The translations under genes were made by a program, and so were the position numbers. From an uncultured Acidimicrobiia bacterium (GTDB lineage: Bacteria; Actinomycetota; Acidimicrobiia; Acidimicrobiales; AC-14), in NCBI GenBank assembly GCA_963836205.1, contig CAWIIV010000025.1, forward strand, positions 1 to 64,000: a DNA stretch of 64,000 nt, read 5' to 3'. The notes under the pieces are model-generated. The model worked only from the letters and a program-made list of their open reading frames with translations, ran no database searches and had not been told where the DNA came from. Positions 1 through 9,483 of the stretch are shown here, piece by piece. The first letter of the stretch is position 1; every line of letters starts with the position of its first letter.

Positions 1-257
1 CGCCGGGCCGCCCGCTTCACCGATGCCAGCCCGATCAGCACGCACGGCGTGCCCCCGATGCGCTCCAGCGTGGAGAAGGCGAAGCCGGCCAGCTTGGGGC
101 CCTCGGAAACCCGTGTGATCAGCACCCACTCGCCCGAGTGCTTGGAGAGGATCCCGACGTCGTAGCCGGCGGTGCCGTCGGCGCAGATGTCGGCCATCTC
201 CGAGAGATCGGAGTCGCTCAGTGCGGTGCAGTCCCTGGTTTCGACCTCAAGTGCCAT
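1..257 (-). CDS. Hypothetical protein, runs off the window start (MALEVETRDCTALSDSDLSEMADIC...)
   Basis: Manually translated open frame from ATG 257 with a GGAGGT RBS upstream; typical codon usage; not in the ORF track. Confidence 0.7.
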   Translation of the reverse strand, partial: MALEVETRDCTALSDSDLSEMADICADGTAGYDVGILSKHSGEWVLITRVSEGPKLAGFAFSTLERIGGTPCVLIGLASVKRAAR

Positions 258-286
258 CGACGCCCGTACCTCCCCTGGCCTCGATT

Positions 287-3200
287 CTAGGTCACCAGTC
301 CATTCGGTCCTAATAGGACGCGCAACTCGGACACCAGGCCGTTGCCGGAGTCGACCCGAAACTCGTCCGGGAGGCGCAGGATGTGGGGGTCGAGATGGAC
401 GTGGACGACCTGGTGGCCGGGGTGGTCGCGCAGCACCGACTTGAGCCGTTCGAGTAGCCCGTGGGTGAGGGAGGCGGGCGACAGCTTGATGCGGACGGGG
501 GCCGTACCCTCGGGCGTGAGGTCGGGTCGCTTGAGCTCGAGGCAGATGATCTTGGCCGGTTCCTCGCGCTGGTCGATGCGCCCCTTGACGCACACGATGG
601 CGTCGTCGGCCAAGTAGACGCCGTGCTCGAGCATGGTGCGGGGGAACACCATCACCTCGATGGCCGACTGGAGATCTTCGAGGGTGAACACGGCCATGAG
701 GTCGCCCCGCTTGGTGTACTTGCGCTGGAGGGCGGTGACCACCCCTCCCACCCACTTGGTGTCGCCGTCGCGGCATTCCCGCAGCTCAGCGATGGTGCAC
801 TCGGCGTGCCGGCGCAACATCGCCTCCACCCCGAACAAAGGGTGGCTGCTCACGTAGAGCCCGAGCATCTCCTTCTCGAACACCAGCCGCTGGTGCTGGT
901 CGAACTCGACGTCGGGGATCGGGACCCGCTCGTCGACCACCGACGACGGCCCCCCAGCCGACGCATCCCCCATCTCCCCGAACAGGCTCATCACGCCCAA
1001 CTCCTGCTCCCGGCGGCGGGCCAGGGTGCGATCGATGACCTGCTCGAAAACGGCCAGCAGGCCCCGCCGGGGGTGGCCCATCGAGTCGAACGCCCCCGCC
1101 TTGACGAGCGACTCCACTGACCGCTTGTTGAGCACCCCCGGGTCGACCCGCCGGCAGAAGTCGTAGAAGTCGGAGAAGGGACCGGCGTTCTCCCGCTCGG
1201 CCACGATGAGCCCGACCAGGCCCTCGCCCACGTTGCGGATGGCAGCCAGCCCGAACGGGATCTTGCCGTCGACCGCGCCGAAGGCGGCGATGGAGAGGTT
1301 GACGTCGGGGACGAGGACCTCGACGCCCATGGTGCGGCACTCGGCCAGGTAGACGGCGGTCTTGTCCTTGTCGTCCTTGACCGACGTGAGCAGGGCGGCC
1401 AGGTACTCGACGGGATGGTTGGCCTTGAGCCAGGCGGTTTGGTAGGCGACCATCCCGTAGGCGAAGGCGTGGCTCTTGTTGAAGGCGTAGTCGGCGAACG
1501 GCTCGATGATGTCGAAGAGCTTGGTGCCGAGGTCGGACCCATAGCCGGTGGCGTCGGCCCCGGCCACGAACTTCTCCCGCTCGAGGGCGATGAGCTCCCG
1601 GTTCTTCTTCCCGCAGGCCTTGCGGAGGTTGTCGGCCTCCAGCAACGAGTAGCCGGCGAAGCGGGTGGCGACCCGCATCATCGACTCCTGGTAGATCATC
1701 AGCCCGTGGGTGTCGGCCAGCTCCTCGGCCACGTCGGGGTGCAGGCAGATCACCGGCTTGCGCCCGTTCTTGCGGTCGGCGAAGTCATTGTGCATGTTGG
1801 CCGCCATCGGCCCCGGCCGGTACAACGCCACCAGCGCGGCCACGTCGGCGAACGAGGTGGGGGCCAGGGACCGGATGAGCGCCCGCATGGGTCCGCCCTC
1901 CAGCTGGAACACGCCGATGGAGTCGGCCCGGCGCAGCATCTCGAAGGTGCGCTCGTCCTCCAGGTCGACGTTGTCGATGTCGGGCCGGCGGCCGGTGGTC
2001 TGCTCGATGAGGTCGAGGGCGCGCTCGATCACGGTGAGGTTGCGCAGCCCGAGGAAGTCCATCTTGAGCAGGCCCAGGTCGGCCACCCCGTGCATCTCGT
2101 ACTGGGTGACGATGGGGGCATCGGCGGGGTCGCCGCCCGGCTCCGGCTTGCGCTGCACGGGCAGGTACTCGGTGAGCGGCTCCCGGGTGATCACCACCGC
2201 GGCCGCGTGGATGCCGTCCTGGCGGCGAAGGCCGGCCAGGCCCTTGGCCACCTCGACCACCTTGCGGGCGTCGCCGTCGGACTCGCACAGGGCCCGCAGC
2301 TCGGCCGCCATCTTGTAGCCCTCCTCGTGGCCGGGCGTGAGCTCGAGGCAGGCGTTGAGGGGAGTGTCGCGGCCCATGACCAGGGGGGGCATGGTCTTGG
2401 CGATGCGGTCGCCGACCGCGTAGGGCAGGCCGAGGACCCGGGCCGCGTCCCTGACGGCCGCCCGGGCCTTGATGGTGGAGAACGTCACGATCTGGGCCAC
2501 GTGGTCGGACCCGTAGCGCTCGGCCGCGTAGCGGATCATCTCCGCCCGGTAGCGCTCGTCGAAGTCCATGTCGATGTCGGGCATCTCCCGGCGACCCTCG
2601 TTGAGGAAGCGCTCGAAGATGAGGCCGTACTTGATGGGGTCGAGGTCGACGATGCGCAGGCAGTAGGCCACACAGCACCCGGCCGCGCTGCCCCGGCCCG
2701 GCCCCACCCGGATGTTGCGCTGGCGGGCGTGGTTGATGAGGTCCCAGACCACGAGGAAGTAGGTGGACAGGCCCATGCGGTCGATGACGCCCAGCTCGTG
2801 CTCGACCCGCTGCACGACGTCGCCCGGCAGCGGGACGCCGTAGCGGCGGCGGGCGCCCTCGAGGGTGAGCTCGCGCAGGTACTCGGAGTCGGTGACGCCG
2901 GGGGGAAGGTCGAAGTTGGGCAGCTCGACGTGGCCGAACTCGATCTCCACGTCGACCCGCTCGGCGATGGCCAGGGTGTTGTCGCAGGACTCGGGGACCT
3001 CGGCGAACAGGCTGCGCATCTCGGCCGCGGTCTTCAGGTAGTGCTGGTCGCTGTCGAACTTGAACCGCTTGGGGTCGTCGACCTGGGCGCCGGTCTGCAC
3101 GCACAGGAGGGCGTCGTGGGCCACGGCGTCGGACTGGTGGGTGTAGTGGCTGTCGTTGGTGGCCAGGAGGGGCAGTTGGAGCTTCTTGGCGATCTCCAGC

Positions 3201-3811
3201 AGGTGGCCGTTGGCCATGCGCTGGTCGGCCAGGCCGTGGTCCTGGAGCTCGACGTAGAGGTGCTCGGGTCCGAAGATGTCTCGCAGGCGGGAGGCGTTGC
3301 GCGTCGCCCCCTCCACGTCGCCCCGCAGCAGGGCCTGGCACACCACGCCGCCCAGGCAGCCGGTGGTGGCGATGACGCCGTCTTTGTGGCGCTCGAGCAG
3401 CTCCCAGTCGAGGCGAGGCTTGTAGAAGTACCCCTCCAGGAAGGCCGCCGAGGACAGCTTGATCAGGTTCTTGTAGCCGGGGGTGGACTCGGCCAGCAGG
3501 GTGAGGTGGTAGTAGAGCTTCTCGCCCCGCTCGCCCTCGCCGCCCCCGTCGTCGACCCGGCCCCGGCGGACGGGGCGCTCGAAACGGCTCTCGCCGGCCA
3601 TGTAGGCCTCGATGCCGAGCACCGGGGTGATCCCGGCCTTGCGGGCGGCCCGGTAGAAGTCGAGGACGCCGTACATGTTGCCGTGGTCGGTGATGCCGAT
3701 GGCGGGCTGGCCGTCGGCCACCGCGGCGGCGACGACCTCGTCGATCCGGGCGGCCCCGTCGAGCATGGAGAACTCGGTGTGGACGTGGAGATGGGTGAAG
3801 CTCTTCCCCAC
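287..3811 (-). CDS. dnaE: DNA polymerase III alpha subunit
   Basis: PHP motif HLHVHTEFSMLDG, GRGSAAG, PDIDMDF, KMDFLGL, YAFNKSH and a C-terminal OB fold. GTG 3811 start inferred. Confidence 0.97.
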   Translation of the reverse strand: MGKSFTHLHVHTEFSMLDGAARIDEVVAAAVADGQPAIGITDHGNMYGVLDFYRAARKAGITPVLGIEAYMAGESRFERPVRRGRVDDGGGEGERGEKLYYHLTLLAESTPGYKNLIKLSSAAFLEGYFYKPRLDWELLERHKDGVIATTGCLGGVVCQALLRGDVEGATRNASRLRDIFGPEHLYVELQDHGLADQRMANGHLLEIAKKLQLPLLATNDSHYTHQSDAVAHDALLCVQTGAQVDDPKRFKFDSDQHYLKTAAEMRSLFAEVPESCDNTLAIAERVDVEIEFGHVELPNFDLPPGVTDSEYLRELTLEGARRRYGVPLPGDVVQRVEHELGVIDRMGLSTYFLVVWDLINHARQRNIRVGPGRGSAAGCCVAYCLRIVDLDPIKYGLIFERFLNEGRREMPDIDMDFDERYRAEMIRYAAERYGSDHVAQIVTFSTIKARAAVRDAARVLGLPYAVGDRIAKTMPPLVMGRDTPLNACLELTPGHEEGYKMAAELRALCESDGDARKVVEVAKGLAGLRRQDGIHAAAVVITREPLTEYLPVQRKPEPGGDPADAPIVTQYEMHGVADLGLLKMDFLGLRNLTVIERALDLIEQTTGRRPDIDNVDLEDERTFEMLRRADSIGVFQLEGGPMRALIRSLAPTSFADVAALVALYRPGPMAANMHNDFADRKNGRKPVICLHPDVAEELADTHGLMIYQESMMRVATRFAGYSLLEADNLRKACGKKNRELIALEREKFVAGADATGYGSDLGTKLFDIIEPFADYAFNKSHAFAYGMVAYQTAWLKANHPVEYLAALLTSVKDDKDKTAVYLAECRTMGVEVLVPDVNLSIAAFGAVDGKIPFGLAAIRNVGEGLVGLIVAERENAGPFSDFYDFCRRVDPGVLNKRSVESLVKAGAFDSMGHPRRGLLAVFEQVIDRTLARRREQELGVMSLFGEMGDASAGGPSSVVDERVPIPDVEFDQHQRLVFEKEMLGLYVSSHPLFGVEAMLRRHAECTIAELRECRDGDTKWVGGVVTALQRKYTKRGDLMAVFTLEDLQSAIEVMVFPRTMLEHGVYLADDAIVCVKGRIDQREEPAKIICLELKRPDLTPEGTAPVRIKLSPASLTHGLLERLKSVLRDHPGHQVVHVHLDPHILRLPDEFRVDSGNGLVSELRVLLGPNGLVT

Positions 3812-3829
3812 TACGGCACCCTCCGGCGG

Positions 3830-3984
3830 CTGTCCACAGGCGGCTGGGTAACCTGTGGAGGACTTACAGGGCTGTAATTCTACCCGCCGATGCGGCCGCC
3901 CGGTCAAGGGTGGACCACAGGAACCGCGGCCGGCACCTCGCTCCGGGATTGTCCACAAGCGCCGGGGGGACATCTTGGGGATAA
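3830..3984. promoter_or_regulatory. DnaA-box cluster between dnaE and the divergent gene
   Basis: TTGTCCACA 3949-3957 (actinobacterial consensus), CTGTCCACA 3830-3838, TGGGGATAA 3976-3984, plus weaker copies at 3854 and 3911. Confidence 0.65.
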
Positions 3985-4030
3985 CCGGGCGGTCAAACGA
4001 GGGTCATTGAAGGGCGGAGAGGCCTCCGAT

Positions 4031-5140
4031 ATGGTCCCGCGATCGCCTCCCCCGCACCCTCAGGAACTCGGCCTCGTCGTGACTGACGTCGCCGATCGCC
4101 ACTGGGGCCAGTCCCTGGTCCGGGCGCCGACGGCGAAGGACGCCGCCCAGCCCGATGGCTCCGCTCCTCTCCCACCGCCTGCGCTCCGGCCTCCGGCGAC
4201 GCCGTCCCGCGGCCTGCTCGTCGGCGATCCCACCCCCCTCGGTGCCGAAGGGGCGGCCTCGGCACCGGCCGCGGCCGCGTCCGCGATCGCTGGCCCACCG
4301 GCTGCCGCGCCGATGGCGACGACCACCGCCCCGGTCCGGCCCGACCCCGTCCCGCCGATGGCGCAGGCCACCCTCACGCCCATCCTTCCCGATTGGGGTC
4401 CCCTCCCCGCCGGCCTCACCGTCCCCGTGGAACGCCGCTCGCCGCCGGCGCCCCTCGTCGCCGACCAACCGGTCGATCCGGGGCCCGACCAGTCCCTCGC
4501 CCGCCTGGCCCGGGGGGTGCAGGATTGCGCCCGGGCCCTGGCCAGCCTGGCCGACCGCCTCGACAGCCTCGAGCGTCGGGTCGACGAGGTGGCCATCGCC
4601 GCCGCCGCCCGCTCCGGCTCAGGTGAGCCGACCCGGCCTCGGCTGGGGACGCCCGCCATCGAGGCCCTCGACGCCAGGGTGGGCGCGCTCGAGGGCCTGG
4701 CCGCCGACCGCCTGCAGTCCGTCGACCAGCGCCTTCGTCGTTTGGAGACGCTCCCGCCGGCGGTCAGCCGCTTGCAGCACGACGCCGCCCTCCTGACGAA
4801 CAAGGCCCGGGTCGGGGCGGCCGACGACCTCGCCGCCCGCGGCGGAGGGCCCGATCTGGCCCCCCTCTACGTCGAGCTCGACGCGGTGGCCGAGCTGGTG
4901 TCGTCGCACCACGCCGCCGGCACCCAGAGCCTGGAACGGGTGCGCACGCTCGAACGGGCCGTGCTGGAGATGCGGCGCCACCTCGAGCGCACCCTGGTCG
5001 AACACACCCGGATGGCCGCGTCCGACCAGGCTGCGGCCTGCGCCCGAATCGATGCCATCGAGGACCGCCTGACCGCCACCGAGACTTCGGGCCGGTCGGT
5101 GGGCGCGCCTCAGGTGCGGGCGACCACGTTGTCGACGTAG
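4031..5140 (+). CDS. Hypothetical protein with Pro-rich N-terminus and coiled-coil C-terminus
   Basis: Heptad-like segments such as LARGVQDCARALASLADRLDSLERRVDEV; start uncertain. Confidence 0.6.
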   Translation: MVPRSPPPHPQELGLVVTDVADRHWGQSLVRAPTAKDAAQPDGSAPLPPPALRPPATPSRGLLVGDPTPLGAEGAASAPAAAASAIAGPPAAAPMATTTAPVRPDPVPPMAQATLTPILPDWGPLPAGLTVPVERRSPPAPLVADQPVDPGPDQSLARLARGVQDCARALASLADRLDSLERRVDEVAIAAAARSGSGEPTRPRLGTPAIEALDARVGALEGLAADRLQSVDQRLRRLETLPPAVSRLQHDAALLTNKARVGAADDLAARGGGPDLAPLYVELDAVAELVSSHHAAGTQSLERVRTLERAVLEMRRHLERTLVEHTRMAASDQAAACARIDAIEDRLTATETSGRSVGAPQVRATTLST

Positions 5141-6804
5141 ACGGCCGAGCCGCCGCTCGACCCGGCGGCGGCGATGAACTGGACTCCGACCTCCCGGACG
5201 TCGGCCCGGTTCGGCACCGCGGCGAGGTTCAGCGTGAGGTTGGCACCGCCTGCGCCGACGACGACGGTCGGCCCCTCGTACCAGGTCCAGCTCGGCCCGA
5301 CCTTGACGTAGAGGCGGACCACGGTGCCCCCTCCGTGGTTCCCCCACGGGGCCACCCGCGCCGTCGCCGTCAGCGTGGAGGATGCAGACAGGTTTCGGGT
5401 GGCGGTCCGTTGGAGGTAGATCTGGTTGCCGCCGTGCAGGCTGACGTCGGCCTTCAGCGACCAACTCCCCTGGCCGGCCCACTCGTTCACCCGCCATGGG
5501 CCGCCGGTGACCGACACCCCGGTCCATCCCTCGGTGCTCGACTCGAAGCCGGCGAGCAGCACGGGCGGCGCCGGGGCCACCGTCGTCGTCGTCGTCGGCC
5601 GGGTGGTCGTGGTCGTCGGCCGGGTGGTCGTGGTCGTCGGCCGGGTGGTCGTCGTGGTGGGAGGCGGCCGGGTCGTGGTCGTCGTCGTGGCCGGCCGCGT
5701 GGTCGTGGTCGTCGGCGATCCCGGCTCGGTGACCTGGCTGAGGTTGACCTCGGACCGGTTGACGATCCAGGGGTCGTTCATGAAGCCGGACGCGCCCGGG
5801 TTGCGGGCCAGGCCGTACTCGGAGTTCCAGGAGAAGACGTACGTCGCCGCCGGGTAGCGCTGGCGCAGCGCGGCCGACCACTGGGTGAAGTCGAACGACC
5901 CCTGGCCGGACTGGGTACCGACCTCGGTGAAGGCGAACGGCTTGCCGAGCGCACGCAGTTCGTTATAGGCCGAATCGGCGTTGGCCGACCCGGGGCCCGA
6001 CCACGGGGAGTACGCATCGGCGCCCACGATGTCGACATAGGCGGCACCGGGATAGAACGCCGTCCGGTTCCCTCGGCCCGCGTCCGGCGAGAAGACCCAG
6101 AGCAGGTTGTCCAGCTGCTTGGTGACGGTCAGGTAGGTGTACATCTGCTGCCAGACCTGCCGGAACGTGGCCGGGTCGCGGTCGCCCCACCAGAACCAGT
6201 TCCCGTTCATCTCGTGCAGGGGCCGGAACAGCACCGGAACCCCGGCGTTCTCGAGCTGCTGGAGCCCTTGGGCAATCTTGTCGAGCTGGGCCCGCCAGCG
6301 GGTCCCGGCCGTGGTCGAGGGGGTGAGCAGATCGGCGAAGTTGCCCATGGGACTGTTCAGGCCGCCGCCACCGGGGTTCGCCGGGCTCGGGAGGTGCACG
6401 TCGATGGTCACCAGCCCGCCGGCCGTCCACCAATCGGTCAGCGACGAGTTGCACGACGAGTTGATGAGCGTGGTCGGGTCGCTGGCGCTGTCCCATCCCC
6501 GGGCGTAATCGCAGCCCAGCAGCGTCGGGTACTGGCCGGTCTGGGCGTAGAGCTCGTTGACCTGGGCGAGGGAGAACGAGTTCTGGTCGCCGATGTTGGT
6601 GTAGCCGCCGAAGTACCCGGAGGCGGCGCGGGACTCGGCGCGGTTCGGCAGGTGGCCGAGCCAGTTCAGGACGGAGCGGGTCGCGGTCGCGGCCTTGGGG
6701 TTGGCGGGTGCGAAAGCGTGGGCCTGGGCGCTCGATGCGAGCAGCCCGGGAAGGACGAGGCCGCTGATCGACAGTGCGGCGACGGCGATACCAAAGCGGC
6801 GCAT
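5110..6804 (-). CDS. Secreted GH26 beta-mannanase with Thr/Pro linker and C-terminal carbohydrate-binding module
   Basis: Signal peptide MRRFGIAVAAL..., RPLHEMNGNWFWWG, KPFAFTEVG, a (TTTTTRP)n linker and a beta-sandwich-like tail. Confidence 0.88.
   Translation of the reverse strand: MRRFGIAVAALSISGLVLPGLLASSAQAHAFAPANPKAATATRSVLNWLGHLPNRAESRAASGYFGGYTNIGDQNSFSLAQVNELYAQTGQYPTLLGCDYARGWDSASDPTTLINSSCNSSLTDWWTAGGLVTIDVHLPSPANPGGGGLNSPMGNFADLLTPSTTAGTRWRAQLDKIAQGLQQLENAGVPVLFRPLHEMNGNWFWWGDRDPATFRQVWQQMYTYLTVTKQLDNLLWVFSPDAGRGNRTAFYPGAAYVDIVGADAYSPWSGPGSANADSAYNELRALGKPFAFTEVGTQSGQGSFDFTQWSAALRQRYPAATYVFSWNSEYGLARNPGASGFMNDPWIVNRSEVNLSQVTEPGSPTTTTTRPATTTTTTRPPPTTTTTRPTTTTTRPTTTTTRPTTTTTVAPAPPVLLAGFESSTEGWTGVSVTGGPWRVNEWAGQGSWSLKADVSLHGGNQIYLQRTATRNLSASSTLTATARVAPWGNHGGGTVVRLYVKVGPSWTWYEGPTVVVGAGGANLTLNLAAVPNRADVREVGVQFIAAAGSSGGSAVYVDNVVART
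5580..5715. repeat. About 21-bp coding tandem repeats encoding the TTTTTRP linker
   Basis: ccgggtggtcgtggtcgtcgg repeated. Confidence 0.85.
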
Positions 6805-6908
6805 CCCTGAAGCCTCGACACCTGGGTGGCGCATCTTGAACGCAGGAATGGGAGGCGGAGCCTGACGGGCTTGCCACCCCCCTATACGCAGGCGCATTTT
6901 CGCTCCGC

Positions 6909-6940
6909 CGCCGGCCCGGGAGCCTCGCCCCGGGCCGGCG
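6909..6940. terminator. GC-rich hairpin downstream of the small minus-strand ORF
   Basis: CGCCGGCCCGGG-N8-CCCGGGCCGGCG. Confidence 0.45.
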
Positions 6941-6951
6941 AAACATGTCGT

Positions 6952-7110
6952 TTAGGACGCGCCTGACGCGTTCTCGGTGGGCTCCATCGGGTCGCCCTCG
7001 ACCTGGCCGACCGGGCGGTCAGTGTCGCCCTGCGTCTCCGTCGCCGGCTCCGCCATGTCTTCGCCCCGCGGGGTGCCTTCGGTGTGGCTGGGGGTGTCCA
7101 TTTCGGGCAT
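6952..7110 (-). CDS. Small acidic hydrophilic protein (52 aa)
   Basis: AAGGAG RBS before ATG; MPEMDTPSHTEGTPRGEDM...; SigB/SigF-like promoter upstream. Confidence 0.6.
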   Translation of the reverse strand: MPEMDTPSHTEGTPRGEDMAEPATETQGDTDRPVGQVEGDPMEPTENASGAS

Positions 7111-7145
7111 TGGGCGCTCCTTGTCGTGGGGCTGTTGACGCCTGA

Positions 7146-7171
7146 CTACCCGGAACCGGAATGCGAAAACC
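7146..7171 (-). promoter_or_regulatory. SigB/SigF-type stress promoter
   Basis: GGTTT-N15-GGGTAG on the minus strand. Confidence 0.45.
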
Positions 7172-7238
7172 TCGACCGCATGGCCGACGCCGAACCCGGG
7201 AAGGCTGGCAGGGGACAAACGAGAAAAGGAGGGAGTCG

Positions 7239-7565
7239 ATGCCCCAGCAGGCGTGGAGCGACAAGCGGGAACGGCAGTACGAGCACATCAAGGAAGGCCT
7301 CGAGGAGCGGGGCGAGAGTGAGGACAAGGCGGAGGAGATCGCGGCCCGCACCGTCAACAAGGAACGGGCCCGATCGGGCGAGGCCAAGACGGCCAGCCGG
7401 TCGTCGACGAAGGACATCTCCTCCGGCCGTCGGGGTGGCCTGCGATCGCACAAGGGTCCCGGCGGGCGGACGAAGGCCCAGCTCTACAACGAGGCCAGGA
7501 AGAAGAACGTCGAGGGCCGGTCGAAGATGACCAAGGCCGAGTTGGAGAAGGCCGTCGGCCGCTGA
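7239..7565 (+). CDS. Small basic protein of the family often annotated 'plasmid stabilization protein', with a Rho-N-like C-terminal motif
   Basis: AWSDKRERQYEHIK...AARTVNKERAR...TKAQLYNEA...GRSKMTKAEL; strong AGGAGG RBS. Confidence 0.85.
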   Translation: MPQQAWSDKRERQYEHIKEGLEERGESEDKAEEIAARTVNKERARSGEAKTASRSSTKDISSGRRGGLRSHKGPGGRTKAQLYNEARKKNVEGRSKMTKAELEKAVGR

Positions 7566-7693
7566 GGGCTGCGGCCAGGCGTCAGTCGGCCGCCGGTTTC
7601 ACGCGCTCGTACGGACGTGATCCACACCGCCCTCCAGGGCGAAAGCGCGTCCCGACCGGTATCCGAAGTCCGGGCCTCCGCCGACCGGCGTCG

Positions 7694-8209
7694 CTACAGG
7701 TAGTTGCCGGGGCGGGTCATGTCGGGCCCGGGACGGCCTGCGCCCCCGGGACCGGCGGGGAGGCCACGGCCGCCCCCGGCTGCCGCCTGCATGGCCGCCT
7801 GCTGGGAGAACATGGCTGCCTGGATGCCGTGGAACAGGCCCTCCAGCCACCCCACCAGCTGGGCCTGCGCCACCCGCAGCTCGGCCTCGCTGGGGATGTC
7901 GCTGTCGAAGGGCAGGGTGAGGCGCGACAGCTCGTCCCGCAGGTCGGGCGAGATCCCGTCGGCCAGCTCCCGCACCGACGTCTCGAAGATCTCCTTCAGC
8001 CGGCTCCGGCTGGCCTCGTCGAGCTGGGCCCGCCGCACCTCCTCCAGCAGCTCCTTGGTCATGGCGCCGATCCGGAGGACCTTGGCCGGCTGGGAGATCG
8101 TCTCGGCCGCGGGTTCCTCGGCGCCGTCGTCGACGACCACGACCGGCGTCTGATCGGTCGGGTTGCGGGTCGCCCCGTCAGGTCCCCGGTCGGTTTCTTG
8201 GTCAGCCAT
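7694..8209 (-). CDS. bpa: Bacterial proteasome activator Bpa/PafE
   Basis: QPAKVLRIG, ELRVAQAQLVGWLEGLFHGIQ and a C-terminal GNYL (HbYX) motif. Confidence 0.93.
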   Translation of the reverse strand: MADQETDRGPDGATRNPTDQTPVVVVDDGAEEPAAETISQPAKVLRIGAMTKELLEEVRRAQLDEASRSRLKEIFETSVRELADGISPDLRDELSRLTLPFDSDIPSEAELRVAQAQLVGWLEGLFHGIQAAMFSQQAAMQAAAGGGRGLPAGPGGAGRPGPDMTRPGNYL

Positions 8210-8288
8210 GGTGGATCCTTTCCCACAGTCCCGCGTTTCACCGGCGCCATCCGGGTGTCAGACGCACGATAGGCCCTACCATGGGGGC

Positions 8289-8762
8289 GTGAAGGTGTCC
8301 ACGCGCGGCGACTACGCCAGCCGGGCGTTGCTCTCCCTGGCCCTGCACGCCGACGGGAGCCGACCCACCTCGGTACGCGACGTGGCCGAGCGCACCGGGC
8401 TGCCCCAGCCCTACCTGGAGCAGATCCTCCTCGCCCTCAAGGGCGCGGGGCTGGTGCGGTCGAAACGGGGCGTCGGCGGCGGCTACGTCCTGGCCCGGCC
8501 CCCCTCGGAGATCACGCTCGGCCAGATCGTCAGCGCGGTCGACGGGCCCATCGTCGCCGGCGACTTCGGCGAGCCCCATCAGAACGGCGCCTGCGACCAC
8601 GAGGGCCAGTGCGTGCTGCTGTCGGTGTGGGCCGAGGTCGGCGGGCACATGCGCGACCACCTCGACTCCTTCACCCTGGCCGACATGGTCGCCCGGGCTC
8701 GAGGCCCCCAGGTCACGGCCGTCGCCGCCAACGACGTCGAGCCCGCTCGCTCAACCGCCTGA
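8289..8762 (+). CDS. Rrf2-family transcriptional regulator
   Basis: KVSTRGDYA, YLEQIL, SKRGVGGGY; leaderless layout TACCAT-N6-GTG. Confidence 0.92.
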   Translation: MKVSTRGDYASRALLSLALHADGSRPTSVRDVAERTGLPQPYLEQILLALKGAGLVRSKRGVGGGYVLARPPSEITLGQIVSAVDGPIVAGDFGEPHQNGACDHEGQCVLLSVWAEVGGHMRDHLDSFTLADMVARARGPQVTAVAANDVEPARSTA

Positions 8763-9464
8763 AAGCTCGTCGAGGGCCCGGCGAAGATCGTCACCGGAGG
8801 TCGACCGGGGCTCCACCAGCAGCGACGTGCCCGGGAACGCCCGGGCCAGGTCCGGGTTGGCCATCACCAACTGACGTGGGGCGGCTTCCAGCAGGGGCCG
8901 GTCGGAGTCGCTGTCGCCCGCGGCCAGCACCACGTCGCAGCCCTCCCCCACCAGCTCCGCCACCACCCGGGCCTTCTCGTGGCCGAGACCGGGGTTGTGG
9001 TTGACGGCGCCGGTGTAGAGGCCGTCGGACTGAGCCAGGGTCAACCCCATCACCCGTCCCCCGGAGGGCTCGATGTAGCCCGTCACCAGCTCCATCGGGG
9101 CGCCGGTGATCACCACCGGCTGGATGTCGTGCTCCAGCAGCCATCCCAGCAGGGCGGGGACGAAGCCGAACACCAGGGGCCGGTCGACCTCGTGGAGGAA
9201 GGAGTCGGCCAAGGTGGCCACGTCGGCAGTGCGCCAACCGGCGGTCGCCGCCGCGTAGAGCGAGTTGGCGCGGTGAGTGAGGTCGTCGTGGCCGTCGAGC
9301 CGGCCCTCCAGGTAGTCGAGCAGGAGCCGCTCCCCGTCGACCGCCAGGCGGGGCGGGGCCTGGCCCCTGTCGACCAGGAAACGGACCCACGGGTCGAGCG
9401 TCCACCCCGCGTGCAGGGTGTTGTCCCAGTCGAGCAGCGCGACCTTCCGCCGCGTCCCCTCCAC
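8751..9464 (-). CDS. HAD-IB family phosphatase-like hydrolase
   Basis: Motifs DWDNT, ITG, K and GDSDSD; start inferred. Confidence 0.82.
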   Translation of the reverse strand: MEGTRRKVALLDWDNTLHAGWTLDPWVRFLVDRGQAPPRLAVDGERLLLDYLEGRLDGHDDLTHRANSLYAAATAGWRTADVATLADSFLHEVDRPLVFGFVPALLGWLLEHDIQPVVITGAPMELVTGYIEPSGGRVMGLTLAQSDGLYTGAVNHNPGLGHEKARVVAELVGEGCDVVLAAGDSDSDRPLLEAAPRQLVMANPDLARAFPGTSLLVEPRSTSGDDLRRALDELSGG

Positions 9465-9483
9465 CAAGGTGCGGTTGAGGGCC

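Noticed and set aside
287-3811. Intein in DnaE
   Set aside because: Normal length and continuous motifs; no splice-junction signatures.
1415-3877. Long ORFs antisense or out of frame to real genes (for example 1415-3877, 12665-15538, 19412-22249)
   Set aside because: Shadow ORFs caused by high GC3 codon bias; no motifs, and the opposite strand encodes recognisable proteins.
3830-3990. oriC
   Set aside because: No dnaA or dnaN nearby, no AT-rich unwinding element, and few boxes.
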